Shown: in pieces, positions 40,101-46,668 of the stretch | Layout of the letters: each line of letters starts with the position of its first letter | Numbering within the stretch: position 1 is the stretch's first letter | Origin: a virus | Taxonomy: Duplodnaviria; Caudoviricetes | Strand: one strand, 5' to 3' | Virus record (IMG/VR): IMGVR_UViG_3300005512_000062 | Coordinates: 1-46,737 of that record | Length of the DNA: 46,737 bases | The notes under the pieces: generated by a model | Seen by the model: the letters and a program-made list of their open reading frames with translations, nothing else | What the model was told of the DNA's origin: nothing | Database searches by the model: none | Position numbers and translations under genes: made by a program

Positions 40101-40269
40101 GGCGTTTTGCTCCTTCTATAAAGTTGTCAATGTCCTCTTTAAGGAATCTCTTTCTCGATCCCACCTGATAGTACGTTAGCTTACCTTGACGGCAATACCG
40201 GTTGATTGTCACCGGATGCACTCCTAGAAGTTCTGCCACTTGCCTTATGTTTAGGAAGTCTTGCATCAT
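40060..40269 (-). CDS. Excisionase-like helix-turn-helix (HTH_17) DNA-binding protein
   Basis: FLNIRQVAELLGVHPVTINRYCRQGKL...VGSRKRF, with GGAGGTG SD. Confidence 0.88.
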   Translation of the reverse strand: MMQDFLNIRQVAELLGVHPVTINRYCRQGKLTYYQVGSRKRFLKEDIDNFIEGAKRHAKETSGNPFNAD

Positions 40270-40402
40270 TTTGATTCACCTCCTTCTTGATTTTAAAGTT
40301 ATTTCGTCTACACCAATTATCAATTTGTTCTTTTAAGTCTCCCATAAGAGTCCTCCTGTTGCAATCACATCTAAATTCTTTCTTACACACATAGCACTGC
40401 AT
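40181..40402 (-). CDS. Small Cys-rich hypothetical protein
   Basis: TAATG-coupled start at 40402, MQCYVCKKEFRCDC. The 3' part overlaps the HTH gene. Confidence 0.5.
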   Translation of the reverse strand: MQCYVCKKEFRCDCNRRTLMGDLKEQIDNWCRRNNFKIKKEVNQNDARLPKHKASGRTSRSASGDNQPVLPSR

Positions 40403-41541
40403 TATTTTGTCCCATGTGCGTGGGCTGGGTTGCCATACCATTTCTCGCCTGCCGGGATGTCTTTGGTGACAACAGATCCTGCACCTACCAAAGCACCCTC
40501 TCCCACGACAACCCCAGGGAGAACAATCGAACCCATACCTATGACAGCACCTTTCTTAATGAGGATCTTGCCCCATTCCTTTTGTGATGAAGGTGGGTAC
40601 TTGTCGTTTGAGAATGTCACCTTTGGCGCGATAAAACAATCGTCCTCGATGGTCACTCCTTCGGGAATGAAAGTCATAGCACCAATTCTTACGTTATTTC
40701 CTATGATGACATTGTGTCCTATCTCACAGCCACCACCTATATTACATCCCTTGCCTATCTTCGCGGTCTTGTATATGTTGCAATTGCCCCATACTTTGGT
40801 GTTCCTTCCTATAGTATAAGCATCCTTTAGCAGTGGCGTGTCTACGCCTTGATCCAATAGGATCGCCATATCCTCGACGGTACAATGCCCACCTATAAAA
40901 TTATCGAAAGGCCAAAGTAGTGGTTGGATGAGTTTTAAACTATCTCCACCAAGTTTTTGAAGTCCCTGGGTCCTCGTATTCTCGAAATCTGTCACAGCTT
41001 TATGGTATGACACCCCAAATTTCTCACAAATAGCTTCCTGCTCCTTGGCAAATGCTATGTAAACACCATATCTTGATAATGCCAATAGCTTTGCGAGTTC
41101 GGTTGTCTTCGTATCCGGCGTGGTTTTGCACTCGATTCCAGCCTTAAAGAAATAGTTCGAGATCTCCGTGGCTGCATAGTGTTCATTACCATCGAAGGAC
41201 AAATACTTCACATATGCCCTCAATCCCTCTTCCATATTGGGATGTTTTCCTCTCACAGGTGAGTGAAAAGCCACTCCATCAAGCTTTGCTGTCGTGCCAA
41301 CCGGCACACTTGAGTGATTTACAACATATTTTGGGGTGCATATGCTCATATAATCGTTCACGATCTCAACAAAATCCTCACACCAGGGGATGCAAATGTG
41401 AAGAATGTCCACTTTTGGTAGCTTATCCTTATCTTCGCCACTCTTTGCATCATACCCATATACCTTCTTCTTGTACTTGTCCTTGAGTACATTATGCAAT
41501 GCACTCCCAATCTCACCTAACCCTACGACCATCGTTTTCAT
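40402..41541 (-). CDS. Nucleotide-sugar 6-dehydrogenase-like domain fused to hexapeptide-repeat acyltransferase
   Basis: VVGLGEIG Rossmann motif, ICIP, SSVPVGT, HSPVRG, TTELAKL and GGHC. Then left-handed beta-helix repeats, FIPEGVTIEDDCFIAP..TFSNDKYP, GAGSVVTKD and GNPA. Confidence 0.88.
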   Translation of the reverse strand: MKTMVVGLGEIGSALHNVLKDKYKKKVYGYDAKSGEDKDKLPKVDILHICIPWCEDFVEIVNDYMSICTPKYVVNHSSVPVGTTAKLDGVAFHSPVRGKHPNMEEGLRAYVKYLSFDGNEHYAATEISNYFFKAGIECKTTPDTKTTELAKLLALSRYGVYIAFAKEQEAICEKFGVSYHKAVTDFENTRTQGLQKLGGDSLKLIQPLLWPFDNFIGGHCTVEDMAILLDQGVDTPLLKDAYTIGRNTKVWGNCNIYKTAKIGKGCNIGGGCEIGHNVIIGNNVRIGAMTFIPEGVTIEDDCFIAPKVTFSNDKYPPSSQKEWGKILIKKGAVIGMGSIVLPGVVVGEGALVGAGSVVTKDIPAGEKWYGNPAHAHGTK

Positions 41542-41996
41542 CTTTCCTCCTTTAAGAAATATTTGACATTTTTCAGCCAATTTTTATTAAGCCCTTTGGG
41601 ATCGTTGTCAGCCCCAATGGGACAGTACCTCGATGCTAGGAATTCAAGATAAGTGTCGTAGGTCTTGTGTCCATAGTCTGCGTATCTCTTCCTATTATTC
41701 CTCACTGTATTAAAACAAATTCTTCGTGCTTCCTGGGGATCGTCATATTTTATAGATCGAATCCCATACAAATATGTGGCTTTAGAGCCGCCTTCGGCTT
41801 TATAGATAGCATTCACGATCTCTTCGTCAGAATAAGCCTTTGCTTGATGCTCCTGGTTCCAGTGCTTTATAGCCGCGAAACCTTGAGCATTCGCACCGGT
41901 TGTCACGAAAAGAGATGGTAAAAGTATCATTATGATTAGTTTTGTGTTTTTCATAGTGTTTTGTGTGGCTTGGATAGTGAATGCTCTGAATGTCAT
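41538..41996 (-). CDS. Lysozyme-like cell-wall hydrolase with signal peptide (candidate endolysin); start 41996 or 41954
   Basis: MKNTKLIIMILLPSLFVTTGANA signal-like sequence, AIYKAEGG with a putative catalytic Glu, and the RYCPIGADNDPKGLNKNW.KNV motif seen in lysozyme-like/glucosaminidase proteins. Confidence 0.7.
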   Translation of the reverse strand: MTFRAFTIQATQNTMKNTKLIIMILLPSLFVTTGANAQGFAAIKHWNQEHQAKAYSDEEIVNAIYKAEGGSKATYLYGIRSIKYDDPQEARRICFNTVRNNRKRYADYGHKTYDTYLEFLASRYCPIGADNDPKGLNKNWLKNVKYFLKEER

Positions 41997-42003
41997 TAAG
42001 TAC

Positions 42004-42037
42004 AAATATACACTACCCAAGCCACTTTGTCAAATTT
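42004..42037 (-). promoter_or_regulatory. Sigma70-type promoter, conserved motif copy 3
   Basis: Minus strand TTGACA (42033-42028), 17 bp spacer, TATATT (42010-42005), with the same flanks as copies 1 and 2. Confidence 0.8.
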
Positions 42038-42255
42038 TATTTATATTGATCCTTTAATTTATCGATAGGATCAAGTTCAAACTCACGCCTTTCCTCGTTC
42101 ACCTCCTCCAGGGTCATTCGTTTGTGTTCCATCAAGCCATAGAATCCACAATCCAAGCAAGTACACGAAAAATTCATATGCTTGAGATCTTCTGACACCA
42201 TTAATTCTTCGCTGCCACACTTTGGGCATTTATCACTATAACTTGAGCCACTCAT
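42037..42255 (-). CDS. Zinc-ribbon microprotein
   Basis: CPKC...CLDC, with AAGGAGG SD. Confidence 0.75.
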   Translation of the reverse strand: MSGSSYSDKCPKCGSEELMVSEDLKHMNFSCTCLDCGFYGLMEHKRMTLEEVNEERREFELDPIDKLKDQYK

Positions 42256-42452
42256 TTTTCATCCTCCTTGTCTATTGACATTATTGTATATCCATCCACT
42301 CCTATGCCATCGAAGAGTCCTTGAATATAGAAATCAATCTCACTTTGTGTCTCATACTCAATCTCTTCGATGGTGGCATTCTCATTAATAGTGCCAAACT
42401 CCTCGTACTCTTTGACACTTTCCTCACCTATCATTATTTTAGCTTTCATCAT
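42252..42452 (-). CDS. Small highly acidic protein
   Basis: AAGGAGG SD. 18 D/E versus 5 K and no R in 66 aa. Confidence 0.75.
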   Translation of the reverse strand: MMKAKIMIGEESVKEYEEFGTINENATIEEIEYETQSEIDFYIQGLFDGIGVDGYTIMSIDKEDEK

Positions 42453-42675
42453 CCTCCTTGTCGATGAGTTCGAGACTCACCAATTTGCAGCCATTCTTTA
42501 ATTTCTTTTCGCCTAGGATCTTGACATCAAAATCCTTTTTCTTTTTCCTTTCTTCCCTTTTCTCTTTCTTTCTCAATTCTTTCATCCCCGGACAACAAGC
42601 ATTCGCGTCATCCCTATGGTCATAGTCTTGTCCACAATGACCACATATCCAATGAACTACTTTTTCGGCATCCAT
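42439..42675 (-). CDS. Small Cys-containing basic protein
   Basis: GGAGGTGA SD before ATG 42675. WICGHCG...DANACC followed by a Lys/Glu tract. Confidence 0.7.
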   Translation of the reverse strand: MDAEKVVHWICGHCGQDYDHRDDANACCPGMKELRKKEKREERKKKKDFDVKILGEKKLKNGCKLVSLELIDKEDDES

Positions 42676-42676
42676 A

Positions 42677-42991
42677 TTACTCACCTCCCTTCAAAGCTTT
42701 TTGCACCCATTCGACCACATCACTCGTCTTACCACCTATGTGCCAATCTCTCACATCCTCGACATCCACGATATCTTTCCAATCATAGATGGTAGCAACT
42801 CCACTTGGTGTGTTTATCACCCATTCACATCTTACCTTGAGGTCATCCCCAAAGCCATTAGGCTCACCAAATACCTCGACAAGCCTTTCATAAGACTCAT
42901 CGATTGAGCCTTTGAGACTCGTGCCATTGGCACTTGTCGATGGGATGTGGTTGACCATCCCTCTCACATCGATATTAATTATCTTTTCCAT
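42677..42991 (-). CDS. Conserved phage hypothetical protein
   Basis: AAGGAGG SD. TSLKG...Y..LVEVFGEP...KV..EW...ATIYDWK...WHIGG pattern familiar from uncharacterised phage proteins. Confidence 0.8.
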   Translation of the reverse strand: MEKIINIDVRGMVNHIPSTSANGTSLKGSIDESYERLVEVFGEPNGFGDDLKVRCEWVINTPSGVATIYDWKDIVDVEDVRDWHIGGKTSDVVEWVQKALKGGE

Positions 42992-43022
42992 ACTTCCTCC
43001 TTTTGTTATATTACTTCCTATA

Positions 43023-43223
43023 TTAGCACCACTCACCACAAGCACCATTCATTGGTATCTCGTAGGTATTGAACTCGACCATTAGTTCGTCACTATATGG
43101 ACGAGCCATTCCTTTGTTAAACTTTTTGATGGCAGCAATTGCCTTTTCTTTGGTTTCGCCAATGCCAAAGATCCTATCACTCGTGTCGATGGCAATAGCA
43201 AGTATCAACTTTTTCTTTTTCAT
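43023..43223 (-). CDS. Hypothetical early protein
   Basis: AAGGAGG SD, 66 aa, IFGIGETKEKA segment. Confidence 0.7.
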   Translation of the reverse strand: MKKKKLILAIAIDTSDRIFGIGETKEKAIAAIKKFNKGMARPYSDELMVEFNTYEIPMNGACGEWC

Positions 43224-43249
43224 AGCCATTCCTCCTTGTTTTATCATTT

Positions 43250-43312
43250 TTCACGCGATTTCCCAGGGATCCGGGAAATTCCAGGCTCTACAATCCATTG
43301 TAAGCCACGATC
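43250..43312 (-). ncRNA. Candidate structured intergenic RNA (two hairpins)
   Basis: Minus strand GGCU-UACAA-UGGA-UUGUA-G-AGCC and AUUUCCCGG-AUCC-CUGGGAAAU. The G-U pair forms only on the minus strand. Confidence 0.5.
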
Positions 43313-43322
43313 TCGTCCTTAC

Positions 43323-43487
43323 CTATACCTTGACCTTCACTCTTTTGTTCTTGTCGAGAAAGATCCTATAGCAATCACTACATACTATCTTGTCACCAAT
43401 TCGATACCTCATATTGAGGACTCGACCACATCCACAATATTCCTTCCTCTCGTGTGTGACTCTTCCACCATATGTAAACCTCTTCAC
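43323..43487 (-). CDS. 54-aa zinc-finger microprotein (not in ORF track)
   Basis: GGGAGGT SD, GTG start. MKRFTYGGRVTHERKEYCGCGRVLNMRYRIGDKIVCSDCYRIFLDKNKRVKVKV. Confidence 0.7.
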   Translation of the reverse strand: MKRFTYGGRVTHERKEYCGCGRVLNMRYRIGDKIVCSDCYRIFLDKNKRVKVKV

Positions 43488-43502
43488 TTCGACCACCTCC
43501 CT

Positions 43503-43570
43503 TGGTTATGGTGAGACTTTGGACTCACCTTGTGGTTTACATCCCTCTTACGAGGGATGCCATCACCATT
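43503..43570 (-). ncRNA. Repeated two-hairpin cis-RNA motif, copy A
   Basis: AAUGGUGAUG-GCAUCCCUC-GUAA-GAGGGAUGU-AAACCACAA-GGUGAG-UCCAAAGU-CUCACC-AUAACCAA. Covaries with copy B. Confidence 0.75.
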
Positions 43571-43869
43571 TAAAGTTCACTATAGAAGGAATGTCCAAAT
43601 GTCTCTCGACATTCCTTGCATAGCACATCCTTATCAAGTGAGCCATTAGGACTCCCACAATACTTGCACTTGTTACCTCTTGAGACATCGATTCCCTTGA
43701 TACGAGCCACGAATTCACGATAGTCTTCCATCTTATTAGGGATGATGCTCTTGCACTCATCACAATAATCTAGTCTCAAGTTCTTATTGCCTTTGACACT
43801 ATAATATTTGTTGCACTTGGTTAATTTGTCCTTGCTCAAACACACATCACACACTAATACTTTTGCCAT
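43570..43869 (-). CDS. Double zinc-finger small protein
   Basis: Four CxxC motifs, AAGGTGA SD before ATG 43869. Confidence 0.75.
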   Translation of the reverse strand: MAKVLVCDVCLSKDKLTKCNKYYSVKGNKNLRLDYCDECKSIIPNKMEDYREFVARIKGIDVSRGNKCKYCGSPNGSLDKDVLCKECRETFGHSFYSEL

Positions 43870-43870
43870 C

Positions 43871-44122
43871 TTACTCACCTTCCTTCTTGGGTTGATTCAT
43901 TATGTCCTCTTGGAGACTCGTGATATCCTCGAATATGTGTCCTTTCACATCTTCACCATTAGCTAGACGATGTCCATAATCCTTACCTTCCTCGTACTCG
44001 TTATAGTCTATGAGTCTTTGCAATGCATCCTTGCTTACAAGTACCCTTGGCTCTTCCTTGATACGATAAGCATCCCTTCTTTCCTCGATCTCCTTCATTT
44101 GTTCCTTGTCATAACCATCCAT
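43871..44122 (-). CDS. Acidic hypothetical early protein
   Basis: AAGGAGG SD before ATG 44122, 83 aa. Confidence 0.75.
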   Translation of the reverse strand: MDGYDKEQMKEIEERRDAYRIKEEPRVLVSKDALQRLIDYNEYEEGKDYGHRLANGEDVKGHIFEDITSLQEDIMNQPKKEGE

Positions 44123-44133
44123 TTTATCCTCCT

Positions 44134-44571
44134 TTATAGTAGTTCGTCCAAACACCACTCTTGGATAAGGCATAGAATAGCCTTACCAAGTTCGTCTCTA
44201 CCAAATTGATATTCACTTCTCTCTATGCAAATGGATATCCTATCCTCGTACAACTCAAGAAAACATCCAATGTCAAAATAGATAATGGTGATGTCTTCTT
44301 TTATCTCGTCAATATCCAATGCACTTATTTCCTCGATCCTATCCCTATCCTTCACGAACTCCATTTTACCTAATGCACCAAGGATATTATCATTCACGAT
44401 GTAATAATATTCCTTGCCACAATATGCACACCACACCTTGACCAAGTTCTCATTCCTTGATGTCGAACCTTGGTTTTCCATATGTGTCTCATTGCAATGA
44501 GGACATATGTGTGCATTAGCATCCTTGACTCTTGGTGTGGGATCGACTACTTTCCCATTAAGTCTTTCCAT
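44134..44571 (-). CDS. Zinc-ribbon plus acidic domain hypothetical protein
   Basis: GGGAGG SD. CPHC...CAYC, then an acidic C-terminal half. Confidence 0.75.
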   Translation of the reverse strand: MERLNGKVVDPTPRVKDANAHICPHCNETHMENQGSTSRNENLVKVWCAYCGKEYYYIVNDNILGALGKMEFVKDRDRIEEISALDIDEIKEDITIIYFDIGCFLELYEDRISICIERSEYQFGRDELGKAILCLIQEWCLDELL

Positions 44572-44586
44572 TTTAACCTCCCTTGT

Positions 44587-44660
44587 TTGGTTGTGTGGAG
44601 ACTTTGGACTCCACTCGTGGTTTACATCCCTTCCTATATAGAAGGGATGCCATCACCATT
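44587..44660 (-). ncRNA. Repeated two-hairpin cis-RNA motif, copy B
   Basis: AAUGGUGAUG-GCAUCCCUUC-UAUAUAG-GAAGGGAUGU-AAACCACGA-GUGGAG-UCCAAAGU-CUCCAC-ACAACCAA. Confidence 0.75.
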
Positions 44661-44892
44661 AGCATTCACTTGGAATCATTTTGAACTCATTCCACATCAC
44701 ATCGTCCATTTGTCTCGTGGTGATATTCTCGATGCTATATCCTTGACGATTGACACCATCAATCACGAGCCTTTCACACTCGTCAAGATCCTTGAAGTCA
44801 CCACACCTTGTGTAGCTATCCTTCAAGTCACAAGTTGCTATTGTCACTACATTGTTTTTCATAAAGTCAAATATCATTTGTTTAGCTACCAT
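44659..44892 (-). CDS. Hypothetical early protein
   Basis: Repeated initiation region GGTGATTGAGATG, ATG 44892. Confidence 0.7.
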   Translation of the reverse strand: MVAKQMIFDFMKNNVVTIATCDLKDSYTRCGDFKDLDECERLVIDGVNRQGYSIENITTRQMDDVMWNEFKMIPSEC

Positions 44893-44909
44893 CTCAATCA
44901 CCATCCTTT

Positions 44910-45131
44910 TTAGTTGTACATCAACTTGACAAGTTTATCTCCAACAACTCTATTTATCTCTTGGTATGCCATCTCCCAAATATCGTACCATTCACTTGGG
45001 ATATCTTTTCTCATACGATTCGTGAACTCTTGGTGGTTGAACATATAGAATTCACTTTTGGTGATATCATAGTTCTTTTGCACCATAGCTTGTAACTTTT
45101 TGATTTTAATTTTACCTATTGACCTTGCCAT
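44910..45131 (-). CDS. Hypothetical early protein
   Basis: AAGGAAGGTGAT SD, 73 aa. Confidence 0.75.
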   Translation of the reverse strand: MARSIGKIKIKKLQAMVQKNYDITKSEFYMFNHQEFTNRMRKDIPSEWYDIWEMAYQEINRVVGDKLVKLMYN

Positions 45132-45147
45132 TTTACATCACCTTCCT

Positions 45148-45324
45148 TTATTTAAAATATACTTTGCCTATTGTATTGCCATTTATGTCACTTAAAAACT
45201 CACTAGCATTATTGTCATTCTCAATCTCATTAGCTAGTTTTTTTAAGATCCTAGCTATTTCACTTGTGTTATGCATTGCATCATTTAGCAATGACATTTT
45301 TATTACCATCTCTTTAGCTACCAT
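45148..45324 (-). CDS. Conserved small phage hypothetical protein
   Basis: EIARILKKLA...LSDINGNTIG pattern common in phage early genes, ATG 45324. Confidence 0.75.
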   Translation of the reverse strand: MVAKEMVIKMSLLNDAMHNTSEIARILKKLANEIENDNNASEFLSDINGNTIGKVYFK

Positions 45325-45339
45325 CTCAATCACCTTCCT

Positions 45340-45600
45340 TTACATTACCTTGTCATTAATTAATTTCATTGCCCAATGTATACCATAACTATCTCCACCA
45401 AGTCTTATCAAGCCTTGAGCCATCCCTAGCATAAAAGCCTTGTCATTAGCATAAGGTTTTAAAACTTGAACCCACTTGGCATAATTACCTTTAGTAGTTT
45501 TTATGCCATTCTCTATTGACTCGACAAGCTTTTTACAATCCCCATCACTAGCAATTGCACTTGCTACCTTCTCCAAATAGTCACTTAATTTTTTGTCCAT
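45340..45600 (-). CDS. Hypothetical early protein
   Basis: AAGGAAGGTGAT SD before ATG 45600. Confidence 0.75.
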   Translation of the reverse strand: MDKKLSDYLEKVASAIASDGDCKKLVESIENGIKTTKGNYAKWVQVLKPYANDKAFMLGMAQGLIRLGGDSYGIHWAMKLINDKVM

Positions 45601-45618
45601 CTCAATCACCTTCCTTTT

Positions 45619-46200
45619 TTAGTGTGCTAAAATTTGAATTTCAATACCTCTTGCCACCTTGCAAAGTGTACACTTTGTACAATCACCTTTACAATATATT
45701 TTGCTTGTCACCTTGTCCACAACTTGAAATTGATTGCATAGCATAAAGCCACTACCATTTACACAAAAACAAGTACCATCAAAGTCCAAGTCTTTTCTTG
45801 CACTATAGGTATATGTTTTTATATTGCAATTGTCCAATAAATACCTTGCCACAATATCAAGTTTTTCAATATCCATTTGTGTGGCAAAGTCACCACTTTC
45901 ATTTATTCGTAGGTATTCAATTTTTGTCCTCATTCTCTTGACTCTTGATTCAATATCTTTTGCAATCTCCAAGCCATTATATTTTGCCCATTGTGTGGCT
46001 TGTCTTCTTCTATATGGTAGCACTTGAGGGTATTGTCTTTCACTCTTCTTGGCATAGCATATTTTAGAATGTCCACACAAGCCAAGTTTATCACTTGGAC
46101 AATCAAATGCACTTGACATATTGAATACTAGAGTATTCTTGCCCACTTTTGGATTCTTATTGTGGCACTCAATTTTAGGATCTTCTTTTTTCTTCTTCAC
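45619..46200 (-). CDS. GP88-like Cys-rich protein, first early gene
   Basis: N.KVG...FNM....CP...C....CYAKK, RINESGDF, YTY and C.GDC..C..C motifs. GGAGGTG SD before GTG 46200. Confidence 0.75.
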   Translation of the reverse strand: MKKKKEDPKIECHNKNPKVGKNTLVFNMSSAFDCPSDKLGLCGHSKICYAKKSERQYPQVLPYRRRQATQWAKYNGLEIAKDIESRVKRMRTKIEYLRINESGDFATQMDIEKLDIVARYLLDNCNIKTYTYSARKDLDFDGTCFCVNGSGFMLCNQFQVVDKVTSKIYCKGDCTKCTLCKVARGIEIQILAH

Positions 46201-46248
46201 TTTTACACCTCCATTTTTGTTGTACTTTGTAAATATATGTCTAATTAA

Positions 46249-46288
46249 AGTATAATGATATATTAACATATGTCAAGGAAAGTGTCAA
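46249..46288 (-). promoter_or_regulatory. Tandem early sigma70-type promoters
   Basis: TTGACA (46288-46283), 17 bp, TAATAT; and TTGACA (46276-46271), 16 bp, TATACT. Both upstream of the first early gene. Confidence 0.7.
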
Positions 46289-46510
46289 TAATAATGTTAT
46301 GTCTTTATTGTGTCATTCTATAATGATTGAGCTTGAGAAGTATATAAAGTTTTGAGATATATTTTTTATAGGTATATAGGGTATAGTGTGGAGTTTTAAA
46401 GCTTGGAGATCTTTTATGCATCGTGGAAAGTTTTGAGAACTCATACACACACATTATAGAATGACACTTTTAAAACAAATAGATCACCATCATAGAATGT
46501 TACAATTGAA

Positions 46511-46628
46511 ACACACATAATGTGTGTGTGGATCTACACACCTTGACACCTTGCCACACCTTGACACCTTGCCACATATACCACACATTGTGTGGTATGC
46601 TGCATAATGATACAAGCCTTGTATCATT
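46511..46628. repeat. Cluster of perfect palindromes and ACACCTTG direct repeats
   Basis: Inverted repeats at 46511-46527, 46578-46598 and 46606-46628; tandem 18-mer ACACCTTGACACCTTGCC x2 at 46538-46573. Confidence 0.85.
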
Positions 46629-46668
46629 CAAGTGGTGCATAGTGTGGTGAGCCGGCTTTTTGGAATTC

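Noticed and set aside
40060-40269. Temperate integration module implied by the excisionase-like HTH
   Set aside because: No integrase, repressor pair or att site was recognised. Lifestyle remains undetermined.
43250-43320. tRNA gene
   Set aside because: No T-loop GTTC motif, D-loop or cloverleaf.
43503-43570. Repeated RNA motif as a fluoride (crcB) riboswitch
   Set aside because: The GGUGAUGGCAU start and UAAACC look similar, but GCAUC is used in a local hairpin, the 3' pseudoknot strand is missing, and downstream genes are unrelated to fluoride.
43503-45620. Early-region repeats as a CRISPR array or integron attC sites
   Set aside because: The repeats are separated by whole genes of variable length, attC core boxes are not evident, and there is no cas operon or integrase. 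DUF2800 is a normal replication-module nuclease.
42037-46200. Archaeal host suggested by GGTGA-type SDs and many zinc fingers
   Set aside because: TTGACA-17-TATATT promoters, intrinsic terminators and a lysozyme-like gene point to a bacterial host.
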